DNA of 64,000 bases from Parcubacteria group bacterium LiPW_41 (GCA_007375535.1 VMEM01000003.1:100531-164530), one strand, 5' to 3'. Shown: positions 19,524 to 29,502, counted from the stretch's first letter. The notes: generated by a model from the sequence alone, not told the origin. Translations and numbers: made by a program.

Positions 19524-19552
19524 AGTATACACCCATTCGCAAAAAAAGTCAA
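19524..19552 (-). promoter_or_regulatory. sigma70 promoter TTGACT-N17-TATACT for the 19451 gene
   Basis: Minus-strand TTGACTttttttgcgaatgggtgTATACT, about 70 nt upstream of the start. Confidence 0.45.
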
Positions 19553-19629
19553 TAGCCCACAAGGCCTTGAGGGAGAGGGCTAAATAAGAAGATAAATAAA
19601 GGGTTTTTAGGCGCTCTATGTCAAGGTTC

Positions 19630-19855
19630 ACTCCAGAATCCTACTTCTCACACAAAATCTTCATACTACATACATTCTCATCAAGAATAAATAAAAAATA
19701 GCAATTAACTGTGAACTCGGCACTAATGGTGCCTCAAACAGCACAGTTAATTGTATTTGTTTTGGATTTATTCTTTCTTGAATGTATTAGTAGTATTCCG
19801 ACGTATGTGTGAGAAGTAGGATTCTTTGTATGTGTGAGAAGTAGGATTCTTTCGT
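19630..19855. repeat. about 215-bp imperfect palindromic (MITE-like) element with 20-bp terminal inverted repeats, one end tandemly duplicated
   Basis: AGAATCCTACTTCTCACACA (19635-19654) versus TGTGTGAGAAGTAGGATTCT (19806-19825 and again 19831-19850). The interior is also roughly palindromic, with a nested 12-bp stem CAATTAACTGTG/CACAGTTAATTG around GGCACcattaGTGCC. Confidence 0.4.
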
Positions 19856-19922
19856 CTGGGTGTGCGGAAAAGATAAAAGAATAGATTCTTCCGTATAGGT
19901 GTTTATGGATTCTTTTTTATAA

Positions 19923-22900
19923 TTACTCTTTTGGAACGGGGAGGCCGCGGGCTTCATCAACGATAAATTTTGTCTCGTCATTCTTCCAGCTGATTCTTCC
20001 TCCTACCGCAACTGCTTTTCCTTCAACCCAGAGATCGGGTTTATTTTTTATTACCTCTTCAAACACAAGAAGCTCGATTTTGTCGGTAAGGTCTTCCAAT
20101 GTGACAAAAAACATCGTTGTTTTTTTCTTCGTCACATATTTTTGCACTGTTGCAACAATTCCCGCAATCCACATTTTTGAACTTTTTTCTCCATCGTGTG
20201 GAATTTTAAGAACGTCTTTAAGTGGTGGAATTTTTCCTTTTAGAAGGGTGGTATATGGACCAAATGGGTGGTCGCTAATATAGAGTCCGAGTAATTCCTT
20301 TTCCCACTTTAATATTTCGGATTTTGGAATCTGCTCTTTTGCTGTGCGGAGTTTACATTGGTGAACATGGGAATCTTTTCCAAACAATGATGATTGATTC
20401 AATTGAGCACTCTTTCGTATTCCTTGGTTAAATTCAATAATGTCATCGATGCTTTCAAGTAAATCAGCACGGGATATACCAAATGAATCAAATGCTCCTG
20501 CTTTTGCGAATGCTTCAATTGATTTTTTGTTTAGATCTCGATGGTGAATTCGATTAAGGAATTCGGTGAAATTCAAAAATGGACCAAGCTTATTGCGGGA
20601 TTCAATAATTGCATCTACTACACCAACACCAACGCCTTTAATTGCATTCAATCCAAAACGAATATCTTTTCCATCAGCAGCAAATTCTTTTACGCTTGTG
20701 TTAATGTCTGGTGGAAGCACATTAATTCCTAGGTGCTTTATCTCGCTTACTAAAAAGGTGATACGCTCAACATCGGTTCCTGAAACGTTCAAAAGACTTG
20801 CAGTGAACTCAAGTGGGTAGTGTGCCTTTAAATATGCAGTTTGGTAGGCAATAAGTGCATAGCAGGCGGCATGACTGCGATTGAATCCGTATCGTGCGAA
20901 TGGAGGAAACAATTCCCAAATTGCTTTCGCGGTTTCTTTGCTGATTCCATTTTTTATCATTCCATCAATGAGTTTATTTTTTTGTTCAGCAAGAAGCTCT
21001 TTTATTTTTTTACCAATAGCTTTACGAAGTGTGTCTGCTTCAGCGAGTGTAAATCCTGCAAGGTCTCGCGCAATGCGCATCATTTGCTCCTGATAAATTC
21101 CAACTCCATAGGTACTTCCAAGAATTGGTTCGAGTTTTGAATGAAGATAGGTGACTTCTTCTTGTCCGTGTTTTCGCAAGATGTATGACGGAATAAGATC
21201 GATTGGCCCTGGGCGATAGAGTGCAACCATTGCGATGATGTCTTCAAGCTCGGTTGGTTTGAGTTCTTTTAAATATCGCTTCATTCCTGAGGATTCAAAC
21301 TGGAACACTCCGGTGGTGTCTCCAATGCGGAACAACTCAAATGCTTTATCACTATCAAGAGGAAGTGCATCGATGTCGATATCAATACCATGATTTTCTC
21401 GAATGAGACGAAGTGTCTTTTCAATAATGGTGAGGTTCTTGAGTCCCAAGAAATCCATTTTAAGAATTCCAATATCTTCAACTGCATGCATTTCAAATTG
21501 AGTAATAATTGCATCCTCTCCCTGTGGAGCTTTTTGAAGAGACATGAAATTGGTGAGTGGTTCAGGTGCAATCACTACACCACACGCATGAACGGATGCG
21601 TGTCGTGCAACTCCCTCTAATTTTTTTGCTGAATCAATTAATTTTTTTGCTTGTGGGTCATTGTCGTATTTTGCTTTAAATTCAGGAACCATTTTTAAAC
21701 ATTCATCAATCCATCCCTCCTTCATTCCTTGTGTTGGATTAAATGGAATCATTTTTGATAGTTCGTCACAGACTGCATAGGGAACTCCTGTTGCGCGTCC
21801 TGTGTCACGAATTGCTGCGCGTGCTGCCATACTTCCAAACGTTATAATCTGTGCAACACGATCGTTTCCGTATACTTCACGAACATACGACAAAACTTCA
21901 TCACGACGAATATCGGTGAAGTCAGTATCGATATCGGGCATTTGAATACGATCTGGATTTAGGAATCGCTCAAAAAGTAAATCGTATTTCAACGGGTCGA
22001 TGTTTGTTATACGAAGGATAAAGGTGATAATTGAACCCGCTGCCGAACCTCTTCCTGGACCAACAACAATTCCGTGATCTTTTGCCCAGTTAATATAGTC
22101 TTGAACAATTAAGAAGTAGTCGGCATATCCAGTTCGTTCAATGACTGCAAGCTCCATATCGACACGTGATTGAATTTCTGGAGTGATGACAGGAAAACGA
22201 GAATGGATGCGTTCGTTTACTAATTGTTTTAAGTAATCAAATGCGGACATCGTTGGGTCCGGTGGAATAAATTTAGGGAGAAGAACTTTTCCGAGTTCTA
22301 GTGTTACATTACATTGCTCTGCAATAATTGCGGTATTTTCAACTGCTTCGGGGATGTGTGTAAATGCATTTCGCATTTCTTCTTCTGAAGAAAGGGAGAT
22401 ATCGTAGTTTTTAAGTGACAAACGATCCTCATCATCAAGTTTGCTTGATGTTTGAACAGCAAGAAGAATCTCGTGTGCAGTTTGGTCGTCCTTGTTTGCA
22501 TAATGAACATCTTGTGTTGCAACAAGTTTTATTCCCAACTCTTTTCCAAGTGTAACAAGTGGTTCGTGGAGATCGGGGGAGTGTTTTTGGACTTCTAAAT
22601 AAAAATTTTCACCAAATGTTTCTTTGTACCACACTGTCGCGGCGTGTGCCTCGGCATTTTGTTTATGTTTTATGTAATAAGCAATTTCTCCACCATAACA
22701 CCCAGAGAGACAGATTATTCCTTCGGAATATTCTTTTAGGATTTCTTTATCGATACGTGGCTTATAATAAAACCCCTCAAGGTTTGATTGAGTAACGAGT
22801 TTTAAAATATTTTTCCATCCCGTCTCGTTTTTGGCGAGAAGGGTAAGGTGATATCGAGCATCATCAACTTTTGGTCGTTTATCAAAACGAGAATGTGGTG

Positions 22901-23111
22901 CAAGATATGCCTCAACACCGAGAATTGGTTTTATTCCTGCTTTCTTTGCTTTTTTATAAAATTCAACCGCACCGTATAAATTTCCATGGTCGGTGAGTGC
23001 AAGTGAATCCATTTCCAATTCTTTTGCACGCTTAATGAGGTCGTCGATTTTTGCAAGTCCATCAAGTAATGAGTAGTGGCTATGTACGTGTAGGTGGGTG
23101 AACTTGCTCAT
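19923..23111 (-). CDS. dnaE: DNA polymerase III alpha subunit
   Basis: PHP domain start MSKFTHLHVHSHYSLLDG, palm/fingers motifs, OB fold near the C-terminus. Start set at the ATG at 23109-23111 rather than the upstream ORF-track extension. Confidence 0.9.
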   Translation of the reverse strand: MSKFTHLHVHSHYSLLDGLAKIDDLIKRAKELEMDSLALTDHGNLYGAVEFYKKAKKAGIKPILGVEAYLAPHSRFDKRPKVDDARYHLTLLAKNETGWKNILKLVTQSNLEGFYYKPRIDKEILKEYSEGIICLSGCYGGEIAYYIKHKQNAEAHAATVWYKETFGENFYLEVQKHSPDLHEPLVTLGKELGIKLVATQDVHYANKDDQTAHEILLAVQTSSKLDDEDRLSLKNYDISLSSEEEMRNAFTHIPEAVENTAIIAEQCNVTLELGKVLLPKFIPPDPTMSAFDYLKQLVNERIHSRFPVITPEIQSRVDMELAVIERTGYADYFLIVQDYINWAKDHGIVVGPGRGSAAGSIITFILRITNIDPLKYDLLFERFLNPDRIQMPDIDTDFTDIRRDEVLSYVREVYGNDRVAQIITFGSMAARAAIRDTGRATGVPYAVCDELSKMIPFNPTQGMKEGWIDECLKMVPEFKAKYDNDPQAKKLIDSAKKLEGVARHASVHACGVVIAPEPLTNFMSLQKAPQGEDAIITQFEMHAVEDIGILKMDFLGLKNLTIIEKTLRLIRENHGIDIDIDALPLDSDKAFELFRIGDTTGVFQFESSGMKRYLKELKPTELEDIIAMVALYRPGPIDLIPSYILRKHGQEEVTYLHSKLEPILGSTYGVGIYQEQMMRIARDLAGFTLAEADTLRKAIGKKIKELLAEQKNKLIDGMIKNGISKETAKAIWELFPPFARYGFNRSHAACYALIAYQTAYLKAHYPLEFTASLLNVSGTDVERITFLVSEIKHLGINVLPPDINTSVKEFAADGKDIRFGLNAIKGVGVGVVDAIIESRNKLGPFLNFTEFLNRIHHRDLNKKSIEAFAKAGAFDSFGISRADLLESIDDIIEFNQGIRKSAQLNQSSLFGKDSHVHQCKLRTAKEQIPKSEILKWEKELLGLYISDHPFGPYTTLLKGKIPPLKDVLKIPHDGEKSSKMWIAGIVATVQKYVTKKKTTMFFVTLEDLTDKIELLVFEEVIKNKPDLWVEGKAVAVGGRISWKNDETKFIVDEARGLPVPKE

Positions 23112-23232
23112 ACGAATATTTATCCTCTTCATTGTAATTTTTTTGTTATGCAATGCAACTTTGCGAAGAACGACTAGATTGTTGTGTAGTATGTTTTTTA
23201 TCAAGTTTTGAAAGTGGTATATACTTCTCAAT

Positions 23233-23883
23233 ATGAATTCTGCCAATTTTTATATTGGTGTAGACGAAATGGGGCGAGGACCACTTGCGGGTGCTCTTTA
23301 TGTGTGTGCGTGCGGAACATTTGATTTAAAAACACTTCCAAAACCAACAAAAACACTTCCCATAAGAGATTCAAAAAAACTTTCTGAAAAGCAACATGAG
23401 GAATGGTGGGGAGTTTTAAATACAAAGAAAAAGAATGGTGAGTTGTTCATTGAATATTCTGCAATTACACCAAAAACGATTGATTCAAAAGGAATTTCGT
23501 ATTCAACGCGACATGGAGCAACTGAGTCGGTAACGAAAGTCCTTAAAAAAACAGATATTTCTTCTGGGGTTATAACTATTTCACTTGATGGAAGTCTATA
23601 CGTGGATATTGTTAGCTTAGAAAAACGTTTCCCACGATGCGTTTTTCATACAAAAACAATTGTGAAAGGGGATGAGACGGTGAAAATTATTAGTTTTGCA
23701 TCTATCTATGGAAAAGTAATGCGAGATCGCTATATGGTGAAATTGGACAAGGAATATCCTCAATATGGACTCAAAAAACACAAAGGATATGGGACGAAAG
23801 AACATATTAAGGCGATACAAAAATATGGTCCTTCAAAAATGCATCGAAAATTGTTTCTGAGGAATATACTACACTCGGAGTGA
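23233..23883 (+). CDS. rnhB: ribonuclease HII
   Basis: IGVDEMGRGPLAGALYV catalytic DE motif. Confidence 0.8.
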   Translation: MNSANFYIGVDEMGRGPLAGALYVCACGTFDLKTLPKPTKTLPIRDSKKLSEKQHEEWWGVLNTKKKNGELFIEYSAITPKTIDSKGISYSTRHGATESVTKVLKKTDISSGVITISLDGSLYVDIVSLEKRFPRCVFHTKTIVKGDETVKIISFASIYGKVMRDRYMVKLDKEYPQYGLKKHKGYGTKEHIKAIQKYGPSKMHRKLFLRNILHSE

Positions 23884-23897
23884 CGGAAGAAGAGAAA

Positions 23898-23962
23898 CAA
23901 TTTTAAATTCTAAATTTCAAATTTTAATTTAATTCTCCAATAATTCAATTTTAAATTGAGAA
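23898..23962. repeat. about 60-nt AT-rich dispersed intergenic repeat (TTTTAAATTCTAAATTTCAAATTTTAATTTAATTCTCCAATAATTCAATTTTAAATTGAGA)
   Basis: Near-identical copy at 45117-45178. Shorter copies at 44949-44982 and (inverted) 63745-63785; related CTAAA(T/C)-rich tracts at 15195-15300 and 63700-63745. Confidence 0.55.
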
Positions 23963-24106
23963 GAGATAGGGTCTAATATGAAAAGGTCGGACCTCCGAAG
24001 GATATCCGACCTTGGAGAGAAAAGATGGATTCCTGCTTTCGCGGCAATGACAGAAAATAAGCATGGGGCTTTTCTTTTTATAAGTTTAGTGTTATATTAC
24101 ATTCAT

Positions 24107-24283
24107 ATGTCACGGTTAAGTCATCATTCAACATCAAAAGTAGGACGCAGGCGTTCACAGCTTGCGCTAAAGAAGTCACCAGTAGTTCCATGTAAAAAAT
24201 GTGGAGGTGCTTCATATGCACACAAAAGCTGCCCACAATGTGGTTCTTATGACAAGCAAGCAAAAAAGAAATCAGCAAAATAA
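24107..24283 (+). CDS. rpmF: 50S ribosomal protein L32
   Basis: MSRLSHHSTSKVGRRRSQLALKKSPVVPCKKCGGASYAHKSCPQCGSY: basic N-terminus plus CxxC...CxxC zinc ribbon typical of L32. The ORF-track 5' extension (from 23978) is translated repeat sequence. Confidence 0.6.
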   Translation: MSRLSHHSTSKVGRRRSQLALKKSPVVPCKKCGGASYAHKSCPQCGSYDKQAKKKSAK

Positions 24284-24287
24284 TGAA

Positions 24288-24318
24288 TCCCGCTAGTCCA
24301 TGGACTGGCGGGATTTTT
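24288..24318 (+). terminator. palindromic terminator CCCGCTAGTCCATGGACTGGCGGG plus T-run
   Basis: Canonical member of the GCTAGTCCATGGACTAGC family. Confidence 0.6.
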
Positions 24319-24399
24319 GTTATAATTGGCACACCTTTTTTTGTTTTTCTATATGTTGTATTATTAGAAGGTAAATACATAAGCTCTTTTTAGTACATT

Positions 24400-24888
24400 A
24401 TGGCAACAAGACACCTTATTAGAACCATCGTGCTTCAGTCGCTCTACGAGTGGGATTTTTATAAAAAAAATGCTGACCTATCACAGGTAATAACTCGTAA
24501 TATTGATGAGTTTGGTCCGGGAATTGATGAGCCGCAATTTGTGGTGAATATGGTTACTGGGATTGTTGAGCACTTGAAAGAACTTGATGAAACGATCACT
24601 CGTGTTGCACCAGAGTGGCCAGTTGAACAGATTGCAATTATTGATCGAAACGTACTTCGTATAGGACTCTACGAACTCATGTTTGCCGACCATGAGGAAG
24701 TTCCACCACGCGTTGCAATTAATGAGGCTATTGAAGTTGCAAAAGCATATGGAGGGGTGAATTCACCAAAATTTATTAATGGGGTGTTAGGAACTGTGTA
24801 TAAAGAACTAATCGAATCAGGAAAATTAGTAGACACGCCAAAACCAGAAAAAACCGAAGAGGAAAAAGACGAAGAAAAGAGTGAGTAG
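24400..24888 (+). CDS. nusB: transcription antitermination factor NusB
   Basis: [17 protein letters not shown]... all-helical NusB fold signature, with an acidic C-terminal tail. Confidence 0.8.
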   Translation: MATRHLIRTIVLQSLYEWDFYKKNADLSQVITRNIDEFGPGIDEPQFVVNMVTGIVEHLKELDETITRVAPEWPVEQIAIIDRNVLRIGLYELMFADHEEVPPRVAINEAIEVAKAYGGVNSPKFINGVLGTVYKELIESGKLVDTPKPEKTEEEKDEEKSE

Positions 24889-25030
24889 TAGTTTTGAATT
24901 ATAAAATGCCATTTCAATTCTTTTTTGTTAATTTCGGCTCCGTGCAATTTTTCACTCCTCACTGTATACTGCCCGTATACAGTTTCGTCGCGAGAAAATT
25001 ACACTCGCACAAAATTACCTAAAAAATAAT

Positions 25031-25753
25031 TTGAAAAGTATTTTACAATTCAAAACTGATATGAAGGATCCAAAACAATTTGAAGAAAAAATAGGAGTTC
25101 ATTTTAAAAATATTGATACGCTCAAAGAAGCGCTTACTCATCGTTCATATTTAAACGAAAATCCAGAATGGGCACTTCCTCACAATGAGCGGTTAGAGTT
25201 TTTAGGGGATGCGGTATTAGAACTCATTGTCACGCAATTTTTATACACAAAATTTCCTGATTTTCAGGAGGGACATCTAACGAGTTTGCGTGCAGCACTG
25301 GTGAATTACCAAATTCTTGGAAGGATAGCAAAAGAAATGTCGCTTGATAAGTTTCTATTTCTTTCAAAAGGAGAAGCACGTGATTTTGGAAAGGCTCGTG
25401 AAGTAATTCTTGCAAATGCAATTGAAGCATTGTTTGGAGCAATTTATCTCGATCAAGGATATGATGCAACAAAAACAGTAGTGGAGCAGTGGGTGTTTCC
25501 ACATCTTGATGAAATTATTGAAAAGAAATTATATCGTGATCCAAAAAGTGAATTGCAGGAATTAGTTCAAGAACGCGATCGAATAACCCCAGTATATAAA
25601 GTACAAAGTGAGGAGGGTCCAGATCATGCAAAAATATTTAGAGTTGGAGTATTTATTGGACACACGATGGCAGCAGAGGCAGAAGGAACATCAAAACAAG
25701 AAGCTGAGGTAAATGCAGCATTGAAGGCGCTTGAAGCGTTTGGAGAAAAATAA
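25031..25753 (+). CDS. rnc: ribonuclease III
   Basis: RNase III signature ERLEFLGDAVLELIV plus a C-terminal dsRBD. The true start may be the internal ATG at 25061. Confidence 0.85.
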   Translation: MKSILQFKTDMKDPKQFEEKIGVHFKNIDTLKEALTHRSYLNENPEWALPHNERLEFLGDAVLELIVTQFLYTKFPDFQEGHLTSLRAALVNYQILGRIAKEMSLDKFLFLSKGEARDFGKAREVILANAIEALFGAIYLDQGYDATKTVVEQWVFPHLDEIIEKKLYRDPKSELQELVQERDRITPVYKVQSEEGPDHAKIFRVGVFIGHTMAAEAEGTSKQEAEVNAALKALEAFGEK

Positions 25754-25756
25754 CAC

Positions 25757-27928
25757 ATGCATCACTCAACATTTTTACGCAGATTAGAACTTCAGGGATT
25801 TAAATCGTTTGCACAGAAAACGGTTTTTGAATTTCCTGATAGGGTGACCGCAGTAGTTGGTCCAAACGGTTCTGGAAAATCAAATGTGATTGATGCGCTC
25901 CGTTGGGTATTGGGAGAGCGTGAAGCAAAACAACTTCGTGGAGATTCTCTCGCGAATCTTATATTTGCAGGAACACCAAAACGTCCTGCGGTTGGGTTTG
26001 CACGAGTTTCACTTGTATTTGATAACAGTGAGAAGTTGTTTCCCATTGATGCGCCAGAGGTCACAGTCACACGAAAGATAGATCGATCAGGGGCGTCAGA
26101 GTTTTTCTTAAACGATTCAGAAATGAGGCTCAAAGATTTGCAGCCAATTTTAGCACGTGCAAAACTTGGTTCGCGTGGACTTACGATGATTGGGCAGGGA
26201 CAGAGTGATTTATTTGTTCGTTCAACTCCAGAAGATCGACGCGGAATGATCGAGGAGATTTTGGGACTCCGTGAATTTCGTTTGAAGAAAAATCAATCAG
26301 AGAGACAACTTGCGACAAGTGAGATCAATATGGAAAAGGTTCGTGCAATGATTGAGGAGATTACTCCGCATTTGCGCTTGCTTCGCAGACAGAAATCTCG
26401 ATTTGAACGAAGAACGGAAATTGAGAATGAATTGAAATCATTTGAGACCGCATATTTTTCGCATCGATATCATTCGATTATGCATGATATGAAGATGGCA
26501 AAGATGCCCGTTTCGCGCATTGAAGAAGAAAAAAATGCAAAAGAAAAAGAAGTGTTTGTTGCAGAGCAGGAAGTAAAAGCCGTTGGGCAAAAAGATGAGG
26601 GTGTCGAAAGGGGAAGAGCTCTTCGAGATTCGCTCAATGAATTATTTAAGAAGCGTGCAGAATTAGAACGTGCATTTGCAAAAGCAGAGGCGCGCATTGA
26701 AATTGAATCAGTTCCTATTACTCAAGCAGAAAAAAGTGCAGCAGATATGCATGCGTTTTTGGGAACTATAAAGGAAGAAATTGCGGTCATGGTTGATTGG
26801 CACGAGATTGAGAAAATAAAGATTTCTCTTCAATCAATTACTGATCGAATCGGGCGATTTTTTGAACGGGATGTCACACATCGTGATACATCTGATTTGA
26901 AGAAAGAATTAGAGAGGATCAAGGTTGAATTAGAAACAGTAGGAAAGGAAATTGATACATTGCGGGTAGCAGAAGAAGAACTTGCCGAGTCAGGACGAAA
27001 ATCAAATCAAGAGTTTCGTGCAAAAGTTGAAGTATTGGAAAACAAGAAGAATGAACTAAGAAAACTTGATCAAGAATTGGTGAATCTTCGTTTTGATTAT
27101 GAGCGTGTATTAATGCGAAAAGAAGAATTAGAAAGAGAATGGGTTGCGCTTGGAAACACAAAGGAAGAACTTGAATCAATTAAAGAAGTACAAGATGTTG
27201 TTGCCTCAAATGACCTTGAACGAAAAATGATTCGCATGCGAGGAGAACTTGCTGCAATTGGAGAGATTGATCCGAATTTGATGAAGGAGGCAGAGGATAC
27301 CGAAGCGCGATATATATTTCTTACAAAAGAACTTGAAGATTTAACAAATGCAATTGCTGATCTAAGGTCTTTGATTAAGGAATTGGATCACAAGATACAT
27401 GCAGATTTTAAGAATGCCTTTTCTTCTATTAATGATGCATTTGATCATTATTTCAAATTAATGTTTGGAGGAGGAAAAGCAAAAATGAAATTAAAGCTTC
27501 CTGAGGTGAAAGTACAAGACATTGTGGTTTCCGAAGGGGGAGAAGAGGTTGTTGAAGAAAAGAAGGAAAAGGGCTCAGAACTTCAGGCTGGAGTTGAAAT
27601 TGAAATTGCAATTCCACGAAAGAAGATAACAAGCCTTGAGATGCTTTCAGGAGGAGAAAAGAGTTTGGTGTCTCTTGCGGCTCTCTTTGCACTCATTGCA
27701 GTAAGTCCACCACCATTTTTGGTGCTTGATGAAATTGATGCGCCACTTGATGAGGAAAATGCACGTAGATTTTCAGATTTAATAAAGGATTTTTCAAAGA
27801 GTAGCCAGTTCGTTATTGTGACCCACAATCGAGCCACAATGGAAGCAGCAGATTCGCTTTATGGAGTGACAATGGGAGACGATGGAGTGTCTGCGATTCT
27901 TTCCCTAAAACTTGAAGGAACTAAATAA
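25757..27928 (+). CDS. smc: chromosome partition protein SMC (short 723-aa form)
   Basis: Walker A GPNGSGKSN at the N-terminus, long coiled-coil middle, C-terminal LSGGEKSLVSLAALFAL...LDEIDAPLDE signature/Walker B. Conserved rnc-smc synteny. Confidence 0.7.
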   Translation: MHHSTFLRRLELQGFKSFAQKTVFEFPDRVTAVVGPNGSGKSNVIDALRWVLGEREAKQLRGDSLANLIFAGTPKRPAVGFARVSLVFDNSEKLFPIDAPEVTVTRKIDRSGASEFFLNDSEMRLKDLQPILARAKLGSRGLTMIGQGQSDLFVRSTPEDRRGMIEEILGLREFRLKKNQSERQLATSEINMEKVRAMIEEITPHLRLLRRQKSRFERRTEIENELKSFETAYFSHRYHSIMHDMKMAKMPVSRIEEEKNAKEKEVFVAEQEVKAVGQKDEGVERGRALRDSLNELFKKRAELERAFAKAEARIEIESVPITQAEKSAADMHAFLGTIKEEIAVMVDWHEIEKIKISLQSITDRIGRFFERDVTHRDTSDLKKELERIKVELETVGKEIDTLRVAEEELAESGRKSNQEFRAKVEVLENKKNELRKLDQELVNLRFDYERVLMRKEELEREWVALGNTKEELESIKEVQDVVASNDLERKMIRMRGELAAIGEIDPNLMKEAEDTEARYIFLTKELEDLTNAIADLRSLIKELDHKIHADFKNAFSSINDAFDHYFKLMFGGGKAKMKLKLPEVKVQDIVVSEGGEEVVEEKKEKGSELQAGVEIEIAIPRKKITSLEMLSGGEKSLVSLAALFALIAVSPPPFLVLDEIDAPLDEENARRFSDLIKDFSKSSQFVIVTHNRATMEAADSLYGVTMGDDGVSAILSLKLEGTK

Positions 27929-27929
27929 T

Positions 27930-27962
27930 CCCGCACCTTTTATAAAAAGTGCGGGATGTTTG
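27930..27962 (+). terminator. intrinsic terminator ATCCCGCACCTTTTataAAAAGTGCGGGAT
   Basis: Long hairpin followed by GTTT. Confidence 0.4.
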
Positions 27963-28030
27963 ACTTTTATACCTTGAATGAATAAGGTATTTAGGTTATT
28001 TAACAATTCACTAACAAGAAGAGGTAAAAA

Positions 28031-29107
28031 ATGAAAAAGAAGTTTCGTAAACTTTCGCCAGAATTGCAGAAACTTATCGTTCCTGAAAAAGTTGAATTCA
28101 CATCAATAGAAGAAGGAATGTCTATTTCTTCATTTGCGTTTGCAACACTCAAACATTGTAATGGTGGAGCGGCATACGACGCGGCAGTTTGGCTTAAGAA
28201 TCATATTGATAATGGTGGAAAACTTGTGGTAACACTTGCAGGAGCGTTAAGTTCATTTCAAATCGGCGTGGCACTTGCAGAACTCATCAGGAAAAATAAG
28301 GTACACTTGATCTCAGCAACTGCGGCAAATCATGAAGAATCTTTTTATCGTTATGTTGCACATTCTCATTATGCGCATATTCCGCGATATACTGAATTAA
28401 CTCCAGAACAGGAAGCGGAACTCCGCGATGCGGGACTCAGAAGGATCACTGATACATTTCTCCCAGAGGATGAAAGCGTTCGTATTCTTGAACCGCACTT
28501 ATTAAAGATGTGGAAGGAGGCAGAGAAAAAAGGAGAACGATATTTCCCGCATGAGTATTTCAGGAGATTATTTTCGGAAGGTCTTATCAAGCCAGACATG
28601 GTAGACGGCGCAGAAAAATGTTGGGCTTTTGCAGCACATATGAAGGATATTCCGATTGTTATTCCAGGATTTGAAGATTCAACAATGGGAAATATTTTTT
28701 CATCATATGTTTATGGTGGCCAACATAAAAAGAAAGGTGATCAATTATTGAGTCCGTTTGTTATGAAAACAGGATTTGAGTACTTCCACTTGCTCTATGA
28801 CTGGTATATGAAAGAAAGTAAAAACCATCCAATTGCATTTTTGCAATTAGGTGGTGGAATTGCTGCTGATTTTTCAATTTGCGTTGTGCCGTCACTCAAA
28901 CATGATTTGAGATTGAGAGGAATTCGCGATTGGGCTGGATTTGTTGAAATCGGTTCTTCTCCAATGTCCTACGGCTCCTATTCAGGTGCTGGTGGAAAAG
29001 AAAAGATTACTTGGGACAAACTTTCGACAAAAAGTTACTACAATATTATTCAAAGTGATGTCACGGTAGTGTTCCCGTGGATTGCAGCAATATTGTTAGG
29101 TTTATAA
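28031..29107 (+). CDS. deoxyhypusine synthase-like (DHS/homospermidine-synthase family) protein
   Basis: Collinear similarity to DHS. IPIVIPGFEDSTMGNIF matches IPVFSPALTDGSLGDMIFF; LQLGGGIAADFSI matches IILGGGVVKHHIA; YGSYSGAGGKEKITWDKL matches DGSDSGARPDEAVSWGKI. Confidence 0.5.
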   Translation: MKKKFRKLSPELQKLIVPEKVEFTSIEEGMSISSFAFATLKHCNGGAAYDAAVWLKNHIDNGGKLVVTLAGALSSFQIGVALAELIRKNKVHLISATAANHEESFYRYVAHSHYAHIPRYTELTPEQEAELRDAGLRRITDTFLPEDESVRILEPHLLKMWKEAEKKGERYFPHEYFRRLFSEGLIKPDMVDGAEKCWAFAAHMKDIPIVIPGFEDSTMGNIFSSYVYGGQHKKKGDQLLSPFVMKTGFEYFHLLYDWYMKESKNHPIAFLQLGGGIAADFSICVVPSLKHDLRLRGIRDWAGFVEIGSSPMSYGSYSGAGGKEKITWDKLSTKSYYNIIQSDVTVVFPWIAAILLGL

Positions 29108-29211
29108 AGTATCCCCGTGTTATGCGGGGATTTTATTTGACGCATATAAACATTTGTTGTACTTTTGGTTTATAACTAACTGTTGTTTAACAAAGAGAAG
29201 GAGAAATTGCA

Positions 29212-29502
29212 ATGTCGAGAACTCAAGATATGATTTCGACTCGAAAGCCATCAAAACTTCCATATACCGAGAGTGTCGTAATGGAAGAAAGTGTCACTGG
29301 TATTGGTGGGGCGGAAACGCTAGAAAAAGATGGAAGGTTATATTTTGTTATTGGTCCAACATTTTACAATAGCCCGCGTATTCCTAGAAAATTACTTTTT
29401 TCTAGGAAAAAGAATCCAAAAGTGGACTTTAAATATGCTCAAGCCGGTGAAATTCTACTCGATGGTAAAAAAACGTATCTTTTACTTGAAAATGTTCAGT
29501 AA
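29212..29502 (+). CDS. hypothetical protein
   Basis: 96 aa, RBS AGAAGGAG, own terminator TAGCCACTTTATAGTGGCTA plus T-run. Confidence 0.4.
   Translation: MSRTQDMISTRKPSKLPYTESVVMEESVTGIGGAETLEKDGRLYFVIGPTFYNSPRIPRKLLFSRKKNPKVDFKYAQAGEILLDGKKTYLLLENVQ

Noticed and set aside
19787-19981. 64-aa ORF at the dnaE 3' end
   Set aside because: It lies within the tandemly duplicated TIR of the palindromic element and overlaps the dnaE stop.
23978-24106. ORF-track N-terminal extension of rpmF (MKRSDLRRISDLGEKRWIPAFAAMTENKHG...)
   Set aside because: It translates the dispersed repeat and the ATTCCTGCtttcGCGGCAAT hairpin. L32 homology begins at the ATG at 24107.
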